Source: Rozella allomycis CSF55 (Eukaryota). Taken from it: 64,000 bases of DNA. The stretch lies in NCBI GenBank assembly GCA_000442015.1, contig KE561209.1, positions 1 to 64,000 of the forward strand, read 5' to 3'. The notes under the pieces are model-generated. The model was given only the letters and a program-made list of their open reading frames with translations, did not search any database and was not told where the DNA came from. Positions 35,844 to 48,200 of this stretch are shown here, in pieces (position 1 is the stretch's first letter; each line of letters opens with the position of its first letter). Made by a program: the position numbers and the translations under genes.

Positions 35844-36014
35844 ATTTGTGATTTGAGAGGAAATAGATTAAGATTAAGAATTAATGCAGGGGGAATAGAT
35901 AGAACATCAATTTTAAAGAAATTAACTCTTGGATTATTCAGATTTTGATAATTTAAAGTTGATTTTACCTGCATTAATTCTTAATCTTAATCTATTTCCT
36001 CTCACATCACAAAT
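35844..36014. repeat. 47-bp inverted repeat pair with 77-bp spacer
   Basis: 35844-35890 is the reverse complement of 35968-36014 with one mismatch. Confidence 0.8.
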
Positions 36015-36017
36015 CTA

Positions 36018-36299
36018 ATTCCAGCGAGCTGTACAAGATTATTATTTGAAGTAATTCCAGAAATTCTTAACATGTTTATTAATGATATAGGAGTAAAGGG
36101 AAGTATCTTTAAAGATGAAACAGTTTTAGAAAATGGTAGAAGGAAATTTATATATGATCACATACACAACATAATTAAAATATTACAAATTCTTTTAGAT
36201 GCACATATTACGGTTTCAGGAGAAAAATGCAGGTTTTTGGTTCCAGAGATAAATGTTGTTGGATTTACGTGCAATGAAAAAGGCAGACAATTTTTTTAA
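36018..36299 (+). mobile_element. Ty3/Gypsy RT remnant (a second lineage)
   Basis: FINDIGVKG (degenerate F.DD.G.KG), RKFIYDHI and GEKCRFLVPEINVVGFTCNEKGR, the typical RT palm/thumb sequence. Confidence 0.7.
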
Positions 36300-38636
36300 A
36301 AAATTTATACAATTAAATCAATAATCGTATTTATTAAGGATGAGGGATCCNCAAATATGGGAACTTTAACTAGAACATTACGAAAGTTATCAGCACACGG
36401 TTTTCATATTTTGTGCGATATTTGGAATAAACAGAAACATTGGGAAATGCAACATAACGCGGGTATTCTGTTGCGTGAATTTATAACATAACAAGGTTGA
36501 AGTATTTCTTCTCTCCTTAGCAGTTTGCTAGAAACTGCAAAAGCGAGATATGGAACACAACGCATTAAGTCATGTTAACTAGATTTAATAAAAAAAAACA
36601 TGATTAGATGTTTTTTACTATTAGGATATCATTTTGTCAATAATGCGTGCGTGCTTTAGCAGCAAGATGCAGCCCGAGGTGTTTCATACAATAACGTGGA
36701 TAACAGTTAATGAAGTGGCAATGAAACACGTTAAAAACACTGCCATAACATAAAATATGTAATTTGAGAGTCTATTTGCCTAGCTGTGGATATGTCACCC
36801 CAGCCATGTGTCGTACCTGACATATTAATGACATGATGATATAAGATGGATGAAACATCTGATATTGATCATAAGATGATATTTTTAAAGATCTATAAAT
36901 AGAATGTGAAGATTAGATACGGAAACCAATTTGTCATTCCTGACCCAGAGAGGGTCAATGACGATAGCATGGGTATTAACTCCCTGACATATATCTGAAG
37001 GTACTATCAGTGGTACTGAATACAATGATGACATCCATCCATTGAGGATCTGAATCTTAAGTTATGCTAGACAATGACCTGTCAAGGTCATTCACGACAG
37101 CATAGAGTTCACATCCTTAATAGAGCTCTATTAAGGTTTTCTAGTGATAATTAATACATATTTCATACTCATTGATGAGGGCTTGTCAAGAGTATTAAAT
37201 TAATTGCCAATTAATTTACTTAATTAAATTGAAATTTACTAATTAATTTATCACTCATATATATACTCAGCATNTACGTGATTGCATGAAATCAGTGATT
37301 ACTTCCAAGGCGAAACATCAAACCCCCAAAAAGCAAGAAAGTCAATAATATACATGTAAATTAATAATTTAAATGATTTATTTGTTTAAGAATAGACAAT
37401 GGTNCATGTAGCTGACCTTAGCACGAGGTGTTTCATACAATAAAATGAATAAGCGTTAATGTAGTGGCAATAAAACACGTAAAAACACTGCCATAACATA
37501 AAATATGTAATTTGAGAGCCTATTCGCCTAGTAGTGGATATGTCACCCCAAGCATNTGCCTAGCTGTGGATATGTCACCCCAGCCATGTGTCGTACCTGA
37601 CATATTAATGACATGATGATATAAGATGGATGAAACATCTGATATTGATCATAAGATGATATTTTTAAAGATCNAAAACCACTGCCATAACATAAAATAT
37701 GTAATTTGAGAGCCTATTCGTCTAACATTCAGCAATGTATATCAATATCTTTGCTATTAAATCAAAGTATTGGATACTATTCACAATAGTGAGGGGTAAT
37801 CAAAGGGTTTGGAATGCTGGAAATTGTCGATCACGGATCATGTACAAAACACCTACGTGATTGCATGGCATGCATGCAATCAGTGATTACTTACAAGGCG
37901 ACACATCATACCCTCCAAAAGCAAGAAAGTCAATAATATATATATATATTAATTAATAATTTAAATGCTTTATTTGTTCAAGAATCAACAATGGTATCTG
38001 TTCATTTACCAAAACGGTCAACTTACATTTTCTTCCAAAATAAATTGATCTTGCGATGCCACGTATTAATCATACAACTCTTTTGTAGCTTCATTTTGAA
38101 AAGTTAAACATTCTTTTGGCTTGGTAGATATTCTNTAGTTTGCGCTTTATGGGAATGTCAAATTGATCTACAATTAATTACCTTCCATATTGTCTCATAC
38201 GGAAGGTTCCCTGTTAGGTACACATTTAACAATGCTAAATGAAACGCAACAGTCGGATTCTCTGGAGATCTGGNAGAATGTTAAGTATTCCCGGCCTGTG
38301 TATGATTTGGAACTCATACTCCAATAATAAATCTATCCAACTATTCATCATGGCATTAACATGCTTTTGTGTNGTCATATTACTCACGTTGATTTTTCAA
38401 TCAAATAACAAAAGATCAAATAGACTTGGAAAGATTTGAACTTTGTGTTTATAAAATTCCTCATTCACATTCCAAAATTATTGCAGATTTGAAAGCTTTG
38501 AATCAAGCATTTGAAATTTGAATATTCAAAGAACACAACCGATCTTTCTGAAATTGATCCACAAAGAACAAGAAAATCAAAAGTCAACGATGAAGTAGAC
38601 TACCTCGCTCCTTTCGCTCTGGCTGAACTCGTTAAT

Positions 38637-39776
38637 TGTCACGGACGACCTCGCACAATATTAGTACGACTTGTGTTTCCGGACCCTGGTAATAGAAACC
38701 CACCAAATAATTCGTGACATGGTAACATCGCCTAAAGCTTAAGGTGACTCCCCAAACAAACGGCCTGCGCCTCAAGTATTCTAGAACCAAGGCTACAATT
38801 GAAACTTTTCATGATCTTTAATTTCGTTCTCCGTTTTCTTTTTATTATCAATTATCATCTTTCTCAATTTCGATCATCATCATTACAATTTATCATCATG
38901 ATTTCAAATTCTAATATCCATTTTTATTTGCTCTGTGCTCATAATTTTTTTCCCTTTTAGTTCTTATGTTTTCTACTTTTCTAATTCAAATATCATATAT
39001 TTTTAATCTTCAAGAAACTCCTTTTTTTCAATTTATAATATGAAAAGTCGATTTTTCTTTTCTATATAAAAATAAAAAGATATTTGCCAAAGTGAAAATG
39101 CAAATTTTTTTGTATAAAATATTGGTTTATGAAGAGTGATTTGTTTTGTTTTAGTGAACACAACAGGTCTGCCAGCNTGGGAGAAGCACGCTTTGTTGAG
39201 TTGCAATTAGACCGTAGTGCACGACGAGATAATTCATGGCTGCTTGACAAGGGCAAGTAAGCGCACTCACAGAGTTANTTCTGCCAGCCTGGAAAGGAGG
39301 AATATATTGTTCAAGGTGATACAGGAGAGGCACGCTTTGTTGAGTTGTAATTAGAGCACGACGGATAATTCATGGCTGCTTGACAAGGGCGAGTACGCTC
39401 ACTGACAGAGTTATCCGGCGTCTAGTTTGATTGGTGGCGCGGACGGTCCCGAATTCGTAAGGGGTGCAGGGGGGAGATACTGTTGCTTGTACGGATAATA
39501 GGCTGCAGTTGTTCCGTCGAGAGGAGTTAGTTTTGGATGAATCTCGTGGTACCCTGAACGCTCAATATAAAGGCCGAGGTAAATCTCCAAGAGGTATCGC
39601 ACCATGGTCACAACCCGGTCTTCGGATTATAGCTTGAAGTAGGCCACTTCAGCTATCCTCGAAGTAGTGGGCAGGACTATCAAGAGGGGGGAGTGTCACG
39701 GACGATCTTGTACAATATTAGTACGACTTGTGTTTCAGGACCCTGGTAAGGGAAACTCTCAAAATAATTCGTGACA
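38637..39776 (+). mobile_element. Non-autonomous miniature LTR retroelement (TRIM-like), ~1.1 kb
   Basis: 83-bp LTRs TGTCACG...CGTGACA at 38637-38719 and 39694-39776. TGGTA.. PBS-like sequence follows the 5' LTR and a PPT (AAGAGGGGGGGAG) precedes the 3' LTR. No pol ORF. Two internal Ns. Confidence 0.82.
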
Positions 39777-39876
39777 GTAGTGTCCGCGGGGTAGGGAGTT
39801 TGAATGGAATTTTTTGAACAATAAAAATGAATATTTTATTAAATAAATGAATTTATTAATGATAGTCGATATTTTN

Positions 39877-40034
39877 GGTCTTTGGATTATAGCTTGAAGT
39901 AGGCCACTTTAGCTTTCCTCGAAGTAGTGGGTAGGACTATCAAGAGGGGGAGTGTCACGGACGATCTTGCACATATTAGTACGACTTGTGTTTTGGGATC
40001 CTGGTAATAGAAACCCTCCAAATAATTCGTGACA
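39877..40034 (+). mobile_element. 3' end (PPT plus LTR) of another TRIM-like copy, abutting Gypsy RT
   Basis: AAGAGGGGGAG followed by an LTR at 39953-40034. Confidence 0.8.
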
Positions 40035-41352
40035 CAATCATATGACCATTGACTGGTAACTCCCCATCATCCTTTTCCGAAAAAATAGTAATTCTATTTC
40101 TGTCTATTTTGAATCCGAGAACATTGATTTCTCGACAGGCAAATTGGCACTGGGTATAGTTATCATTAGTTGCAATGATAATAGATACATGTCTCCAATG
40201 CTCTTCGTAAGACTTGGAGTGTATTATAATATCGTCTATATAAACTTTCACAAAGTCGTATTTGCTTAAGAACTTAGCCATCACGTTTTGGAACTCGGTA
40301 GGAATGTTCTTGAAGCCGAATGAAGCTCCAACAAAGTTATACTGTTTCCCGTTCCATGTAAAAGTTGTTTTGACCTGATCTTCCTCTTTAACTCTGAATT
40401 GATGAAAGTCTATTTTGGTGAATACCACAGATCCTTTCATGGCTTCAAGAAACTCTTTTATCCGGTAATGGATATGTAATGGTCTTTGTAATTTGATTGA
40501 TGCGTCTCGGATCAAGGCATGTAATCCAACCCGTTATATTCCCAGCTACTCCTTCTTGGCTACAACTAATAAAGTACTGTTCCACTCAGAATGTCTATTT
40601 AGTCCCTTAATCAAAACATCTTTCTTCCATTTGTCAACTTGTTCGGTCACTTTTGGTTTAAGACGGTGTGCAATTTGATATTGTTTCTTGAAGGCTGGAG
40701 GGTTGTTGCCAGTATCGATCCTTAAAAATGCATTACGGAGTCTGCAAAATCCTTTTATGGATTGATTAATTTTCAATAAAGGTCTTAGGTGGTCTTTCAA
40801 ATGATCTGCATATGCCTCTGTAGGAAAATCGAAGTAGGTTGAGTTTGTCTTATTTTCACCAAAGGATTTGATTGTTTGTTGAAGGTTAGGTTTAGGACCA
40901 GTGTATCCCTTCTTTTTAATCTCTTTCTTCGCTACTTCAGGCTCTTGCTGTCTATTTGGGAAATGGACTCGGAGTCCTTCAATAACAATGTCCAACTTGG
41001 TCATAGTATCACGTCCTAGAACACCATTAATGGGAGAGCCATTATCATCGCCCATATCTAGGACATCAAAGTGGGGTGTAATCTTCTTCTCTCCAAGACA
41101 AACATCAACTACGTCCGTGATTTCCTTTCTTGGCGTAGTGATTGATTCTTCTGCCAAATGTTATACGCCTCCCACTGGATTCACTTTGATTTTGAAAGTT
41201 CGTGAACCATGGACGGAGAGATACATGAATGAGTGCTCGTGGAGTCGATTTCTGCACGGGCATTGACCCCATTAACCGTTTTTGCAGTATACCGAAACTT
41301 AACTGGGTTCATGATCTTGACCATGTTGAATTGAATTGTCCCAGGTACGATA
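40035..41352 (-). mobile_element. Ty3/Gypsy protease-RT remnant (same family as 22714-23760)
   Basis: Motifs IDTGNNPPAFKKQY, SEWNSTLLVVAKK, VFTKIDF, FGFKNIP and YIDDIIIHS, with stops and frameshifts. Confidence 0.88.
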
Positions 41353-41363
41353 CCTTATGAGTN

Positions 41364-42349
41364 AAAACTCTCCAAATAATTCGCGACATGGTCGCAACGC
41401 CTAGAGCATAAGGTGACCCCCTAACGGGCGGTAAATTTACTTGAATAACATAAGTTTGCTGTACGAGGATCCTTACCGTGAAAAGGTCATAATAGGGCAC
41501 GTTGAAGACTTTATTTTTTTCGTGGTGGCTTTTGTTACCTGATCCAGAACCAAGACGACAATTGAAACTTTCTATGTGTTTTTATTTCGTTCTCCGTTTC
41601 CTTTTGATCTTTAATATGTCAGTTTTTCTTTGTATTATCACTTATCATCATTTTTAATATTTATCATCATCATTACAATTTAGAATCATGATTTCAAATT
41701 CCAATATTCATTATCTGTCGCTCATAATTTATTTCAATTTAGTTCTTATGTTTTCTATTTTGTATCAAGATACTTGTCAAAATGAACATAATGCAAAAAT
41801 TTTATTGTATAAAATATTGGTTTATCAAGAGTATTTAAGATTTGTGATTTGTTTTGTCGTTTAGTGGAAACAACATATCGGCCAGCCTGGCAAGGAGGAA
41901 TATATTGTTCAAGGAGATACAGGAAAAGTGCGCTTTTTTGAGGTGGAATCGACCGAGATAATTCATGGCTGCTTGACAAGGGCAGGTATGCGCACTCACA
42001 GAGTTCTCCGGGGCTAGATCGATTGGTGGCGCGGATGGAGTCCCACAGTCGTTAGGGGTGCAGGGAGGGTTAGTGTTCCTGCACGTGTTCTGTCGGGTCG
42101 AATCTGGATAATTCATCACGTGGTACCTTGAACGCTCCACATAAAGGCCAATGCTAATCGCCAAGAGGTATCGCACCATGGTCACAACCCGGTCTTCGGA
42201 TTGTTGTTTGAAGTAGGTTACTTTAGCTATCCTTCAAGTAGGAGACAGAACTACCAAGCGGGGGAGTGTCACGGAAGATTTTGCACAATATTAGTATGAC
42301 TTGTGTTTTGGGACCCTGGTAAAAGACATTGTCCAAATAATTCGCTACA
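41364..42349 (+). mobile_element. TRIM-like element, second near-complete copy
   Basis: Partial 5' LTR ending CGCGACA at 41388, PBS-like TGGTCGCAACGCC, conserved internal region, PPT AAGCGGGGGAG and 3' LTR at 42267-42349. Confidence 0.8.
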
Positions 42350-42590
42350 TAATTATCAAGACCTTCATTCGTGATTTCTCTACTATATGTGAACATCTTA
42401 CAAGATTAACTCTTATTGATCAAAAATATCATTGGACTAATGAACAGGAAAATGCTCTTCGAAAATAAAGGAATAATGTCTTCACAACCTGACGTAAAGG
42501 CTAATAAAAATATTGATTTAAATTCTATTTATGTTGTTAGAGCGATGCGAAGGGATTCGGATTAGAAGATATACTTAGAGAACTTCATGA
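42350..42590 (+). mobile_element. Gypsy RT/RNase H connection remnant
   Basis: Degenerate TFIRDFS...RLT....YHWTNEQENAL....SDA motifs. Confidence 0.5.
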
Positions 42591-44344
42591 GACAGTTGTT
42601 CTTAATAAGATAGAAATGAATCAGAGAAATAAGTTGGAAACCGATTGTTGATTTGTTGATTGCTTCCCTTCTATATGCTGACGTTGTCATAGCTACCATT
42701 CTCCTGGAAGATTCTAATAAATTGTTTTCATTCATAATTGATTCACTAATTTCTTCATTTTTTCGTTCTTTGCGATTATTCTTCTGACTTTATTTCTGTG
42801 TGCTAACACTTCATTAAGCTTTACCTGGATTTTAGCTTCGTTTTCTTCTTTGCCACGATACGTCAACAGTTCTCAGCAAGTACTCGTTCTCGCGAGAAAT
42901 ATCACAATTCCCAAACACCTTTAATTAATGAGACTGAGTAAGTGCAAAATTAGATGAAGATTTGGTTGCAGCAATATGAACTAATTGATTCTATAATTTT
43001 ACAATTACTTATAATAATCGTTAAGTTTTAAGGAAATGTCGGATATGTTTGAATCTTCAAAGGGTCCCACGTGTGCGTTTGGGTGTTACGGTGTTAGACT
43101 TTTTCAAGATATTTGTGTGATAACTTAAAATATTCACGACATATAAAGAGCTTAAAAAATATTGTGAAAAGTTTATTGCCGGAACATTTTAAAGTCACTC
43201 TGGAACATTAATAGCATCAGTGTTTTTATCTATTGGGCAAACATGTTCCATGTAAGTAAAGAAGATACATCGGCTATTGAAGACGCTATTCTATTGATTA
43301 TGGAAACAATAAGAGCCATCGATGACGATGATAATATAGGAGAGCGCCAAAAACCGCCATTACATCTAGAATCATTAAGATTGGAAACTATATTTTTTTA
43401 AGAAAAGATTCAAGATAAAATTTTATCGGCAGAAAGGTCTCCCATCAAGAATATGCGGCCGAGGAGCTTCATAGATATAGGTTAGTTTTGAGAAGTGGAC
43501 TTTAATAAAATTGTTACAACAAATAAAATAATAAACATTCTTTATGCGGATATGCTAGGGTGGTGGAAGATTAACGGAGGCAAAGTTTTCAAGGCTCTCT
43601 GGTTTAACCAAGTACTTCTTGTCTTTCAAGCCTATTTCGGGTTCTCGTGGAGGTCTTTCAGTAATACTGAAAACATCCGGGTTTTGAAAATAAAACGTTT
43701 GTCAAGTAAAAAAGTAGTTATCATGTCACTGCGCCGCGACAACACAGAGCTTACTTCATTATATTTAAAATTATTAATAACTATTTGAATTAAATCTAAT
43801 TTTTATTAAACATATGTTATGTCTTGTAAAGAACCCCACCTTTTTCAGGCCCGCCCCTTGCAACTTGCATGAGAGGTCTCGATATCCATATATCTATAAT
43901 GTCCCGTTTCAAGTCCAAACCAATTCAAAGGTACTTTATCATTAGATGGAAAATATGCCTGCTCCAGATCCTAAAGTTGTTTAATGGCTTTCCGAAATTC
44001 AAAGTTTTCATTTTACTGTAAGTCTAGTGAAATCCGAAATCATGCGTTATCACTTCAAGAAAAATGTGATAATTCTGATTTATGCTATGCCTGTATTATT
44101 CAAGAGTCTAACACTCCCAAAAACAAACTGCACTTTACACTACTTAGAAATTTAAGGAACCTTTGTTCAAAAATACTATAGTCCCAACCTGTTGAAAATA
44201 TATGAGTACATTTACAAGCTGAAACGATCCCCAAAATCGTTCTTTGTTAATATCGAAAAGCGTGGACAACGGCACAGAGTTGTACTATAGTTGGGAATTT
44301 TTATGTATCTCCCCCAGGTCGCTACAGGTTGATAGGTGCCCCAA

Positions 44345-44642
44345 CTGTTATGATTGAAGCGCACGAAGGAATATAGGTGAATGTACTACAATGAGAAGAT
44401 TGGTTAAACGTATTATTGGATGGGTATGCCATGAGATATTCGCGAAATTGTTCGAAGCTGCACAAGATGCCAAGCAAACAAAAACAACTCAAGAAAGAAA
44501 GCGGAATTATTTTTTCGAACACCCGAAACTCTTTGGCGTAAGGCTTTATGTTAAGTTAGTACACATGACGAGAAAAGAAGCATGGATTTACCTATTTATT
44601 GATTTGCGAGATGATCTGTCTGGTTTCGTAAAAAGTCTATAG
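44345..44642 (+). mobile_element. Gypsy integrase remnant (HHCC zinc finger and core start)
   Basis: Across frameshifts: IEAHEG..., YYWMGM..DIREIVRSCTRCQ and DLRDDLSGFV. Confidence 0.65.
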
Positions 44643-44779
44643 GAGCCTTACATTTCCTCACATGCAGAAGGAGTCCTGTTCTTGCTCCTTCTAAGGAAAG
44701 CAAAATTGGAAGGCTGGGGAAATTGGTCGCCCTAAAGTCAGCCAACTCTCAATAAATTTGCAACCCGAGTTGCAACTTT

Positions 44780-46020
44780 CAGTCCTAAGCCACATGACTG
44801 GACAAAGGAAGCGCTGGACGTGAAAATACTTCCAACAATTGAAAACGAAAGGAAATGCGAAGTGTTTAAGATGTGTTCACGCTACCAGAGGTGCATATAA
44901 AGATATTTTGTTAAAAAGGGTTGGAATTTCTTNCGGCGAGCGAAAAAGTCAGCAGGCAAACAAAGTCATAATTGAATACCAGCCAACCATACCTAAGATA
45001 ACTAATGGTATGACAACTGGGAACTGTTAAATCAATAACACGTAGCATCAACACATTCCAAAAAAGTTGAAGACTTTACGGAGGGCGGATCAAATGACTG
45101 ACGACGAGAAAAAGGAGACGGATCGACTTTTGTCGAAGTTCATTTATGTTCATAATCTAGCTCCAAGTGTAATAGAACTCGAATAGGTTCAGAAGCTCAT
45201 TAAAAGGATCAGACCTGGATACAAGCTACTGTCGAGACCCACGTTGCAAACAAGTCTAAATAAGTATTTGCTTTAAAAAGTTGACGACAACCTCTCCCTG
45301 CTTTTTGGCGGCACCATTTACGCATCTGTTCGCTCCGAATATTGGTCCAATCGTCGATCGCAACATGTTTTAACTGCGTTGCTGCATTGGCAATGTGCTC
45401 CTCGTCACGCGTTCCAGTTGTGATGGATGGTCGCGGCTCTGGTGTTGATCGTATCACTGGAGATTATGTGAAGGAATACAAAAATTAAATTGTAGCTACG
45501 GTCAATGAAAAGCAGGAAATGGCTGAGTTCGTATCCGACAGTGCATCTAATCTTAACCAGGCCATGGCGTTATTTGAGGACGAAGACACGTTTTCAGGCA
45601 TGTTTTACCTGACTTGCTTCTGTCATAGTCGTAACTTGCTCATTGGCTCCCTTGTGAATAGAATCCCTACCTTGCGACATACAGTGGGATACTTAGAGTC
45701 GCACATTCCGAAAGAGTCCTGTCCGTGCCCTCTTCTATGGAAAGCAAAATTGGAAACACTGGGAAAACGGTAGCCCTGTAGTCACCTGGCAAAATTCGAT
45801 GGGGCTTGTTATTGAATGGTGCAAAACTAGCGTTGAAATGTTATCAATTTCTTTTTAAGTCCGCTAACATAATTCTTTTTGAGGTATGAGCCCAGCGCAC
45901 AGAAGTGATGATTCGGTACTCAGATTTGGGTCGTCCGGTATGTGAGAACTGGAGTAGGAAAAGTTGAAGCCCAAGAGGGGTGAAGGAGCTGCACGATACC
46001 CATCGTTTAGCGTCGGAACT
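44780..46020 (+). mobile_element. hAT-superfamily DNA transposase remnant with an internal inversion
   Basis: KFIYVHNL.PSVIE...LI..IRPGY, FVSDSASN and TCFCHSRNLLI (the hAT CxxH motif) on the plus strand. The first catalytic motif, AIDDWTN, lies on the minus strand at about 45340-45365. Confidence 0.7.
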
Positions 46021-46613
46021 TGACACCCTATACCCCTTTAGTTACGTTACTCGGCCCATATCGTGTAACTGGAGTTTAGGTCAAAAACTTAAAAGTAAAA
46101 AGTTCTTTTTTAATAATGTAGCTATATACCAATTAACAAAACCTAAAGTATAAAAACGAAAGTTTTAGAATGTGCAAATGCAGTTTTCAAGTACTATACG
46201 TATTAATACTCAATGACAACAGAGAAACAATATAATTTCGATTAGAACAGTAACAAACATCTCTTTATTTAATTATAGGTGAATATACATTGTTTTGAAT
46301 CATTTACGGAAAAGTAAGGCAATTTTAGTATGTCAAATCCTTAACAATAGATAAAAAAGGTACATAGAGGTAAGAATAATTATATTAAGGTATAAGTAAA
46401 AGACAATGGTGCACATCTTAAAGAATATATAAAATGCGAACCAAGGGCAAATAAATTATTCTCGTATCATCCAAAAATAAACAATAAATACTCTATACCA
46501 CTCTACGTTATTACAATTTGCAATTATTCGACATCTTGCCCATACCTACTTTCAGAAATAGTAACGGGAAAGGTAGCAGCGGCATCAATATAAGTCAATT
46601 CATCTCGGCAACA

Positions 46614-47129
46614 TCAATGCAAGCGACTATTTTTTTCTTTGTAATCAGAACCTCTATGAGAAACATATCTTAGAAATAAGAGAATAGAACCTTTTGGAAT
46701 GTTGTGGATTTCAATTGATTGTTTGGTGATGGCGTTGATTTTGTTAAAACTTCCTGTAAAAATATTAAAGAGTTCTTACGCAATAATTGCGGCAAGCGGA
46801 AAATGGTCCGCGTATTAATCGATCCTGTCCATACTATAATCAGTATGGGTACGCTGTGTTTGACATTTCGCTTCTGACATTAAAGCAACGGGATCAGTGA
46901 CAATGTAACTGTTTCCGATAAAATCTATAACAAGGCGTAATAATTTTGGTGACAAGAAATGCGTCTGCGGAAGTTTTGAAAAAACCATCCTAAGTGAAGT
47001 CTGCACTGCGAATAGAACATAAGATTGATTAAGGGCAAAGTCTATATTCCTCCGCCTCTTAATGCTAGAGCAAAAAGTAACCATGCCTTCGTAAAATATG
47101 GAAGAATCCTTTCTGTTTTCCTGTTGCAC
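46614..47129 (-). pseudogene. 2OG-Fe(II) dioxygenase (PhyH-like) pseudogene
   Basis: One frame with internal stops: LMSEAKCQTQRTHTDY...FPLAAIIA...IPKGSILLF..YVSHRGSDY..KNSRLH, giving the HxD...H...R signature. Confidence 0.6.
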
Positions 47130-47639
47130 TTTCCATAAGTACGTTTATGCACTTGGTTACAGGGAGACTATTATTTCTGACGCTAGTTGCGCCAGTCTTC
47201 TTTCGTTTTCTGCATAACGTGGGCAGCGTCGTTTTTTTCGCATTTGCTTCTTACATCGCTGACGCGTCAACTTTTTCCCGGTATTCGTTATAAGTCATTA
47301 CAACAAGAACAAAGTAAAACTTTTGCAAACAAGTAAATATTCTTTTGCCACAGAGGAGAACAATCATAAGCGTATCAAATACTGACATGTGGTCTTTTGG
47401 TTGCACATGTAGTAAATCTAAAACGCTAAAGAGGAATGAGGTACTTAGTACCCAATGGCAAAGTGAATATACACGTATTAATAGTCTGTAACGATGCATG
47501 AACTAGTTTCAAGGAGAAATACGATCATTTGACGACATACAGGCGTTCACGACAGGTGTACCTCCTCCTGTTACCCGACCAATTCAAAAGAAAATAGTTA
47601 AATTGAATACTACGACACATGATACAAAGCGTGAACTCA

Positions 47640-48200
47640 CGCGAAAAACTTTTGATTACGGTCTCTTTTATACAGGGGTTTCTCCTGGAAACATAGCAAT
47701 ATTATTTTTGATTCTGAACATTCGGATTTACAACCGGAAGGATTCGCAGACGCTAGTTTTGGAGAAGAGAATGATGGTAAATCGCGTTCAGGGTGCATTT
47801 TTATGTCTGCGGGTTGTGCAGTTAGCTGGATGTCAAAGCAACAGTCTGTTGTTGCTCTTAGTAGTACTGAAGCCGAATATATTGCTTTGGTTTAATGTAT
47901 TAGGGAAGGATTGAATTTCAGAAATATCCTAAAAGAATTAAATTTTACCGTCACAGGTAGTATTTCAATATTGCAGGACAACAAATCCACGATCGCAATA
48001 GCATCCAACCCTGTTCAACAATTTCGAACGAAACATATGAATATAAAGCTTCGTTTTATTGAAGACCATATAAACAACTCGGATATGAAATTGGTATACT
48101 GATGTGTTGTTAGCAGATATATTAACAAAACCTTGAAATACTAAACATCTTGTTAAATTAAAAAATTTAATCGGTATTCGTAGTTTGGACGAATTACAGT
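47640..48200 (+). mobile_element. Ty1/Copia RNase H remnant
   Basis: GFADASF...KSRSG...VSWMSKQQSVVALSSTEAEYIAL, QDNKSTIAIA.NP...RTKHM.IK..F and ADILTK. A purine tract with TGTTG follows near 48352-48367. Confidence 0.88.

Noticed and set aside
36677..37990. Repeat cluster as an RNA gene or defined transposon
   Set aside because: Only gap-fragmented dispersed repeats are visible. No termini, ORF or recognisable RNA structure could be supported.
38632..39781. Target-site duplication for the TRIM-like element
   Set aside because: The flanks (TTAAT and GTAGT) do not match. The element spans two Ns and may be chimeric between copies.
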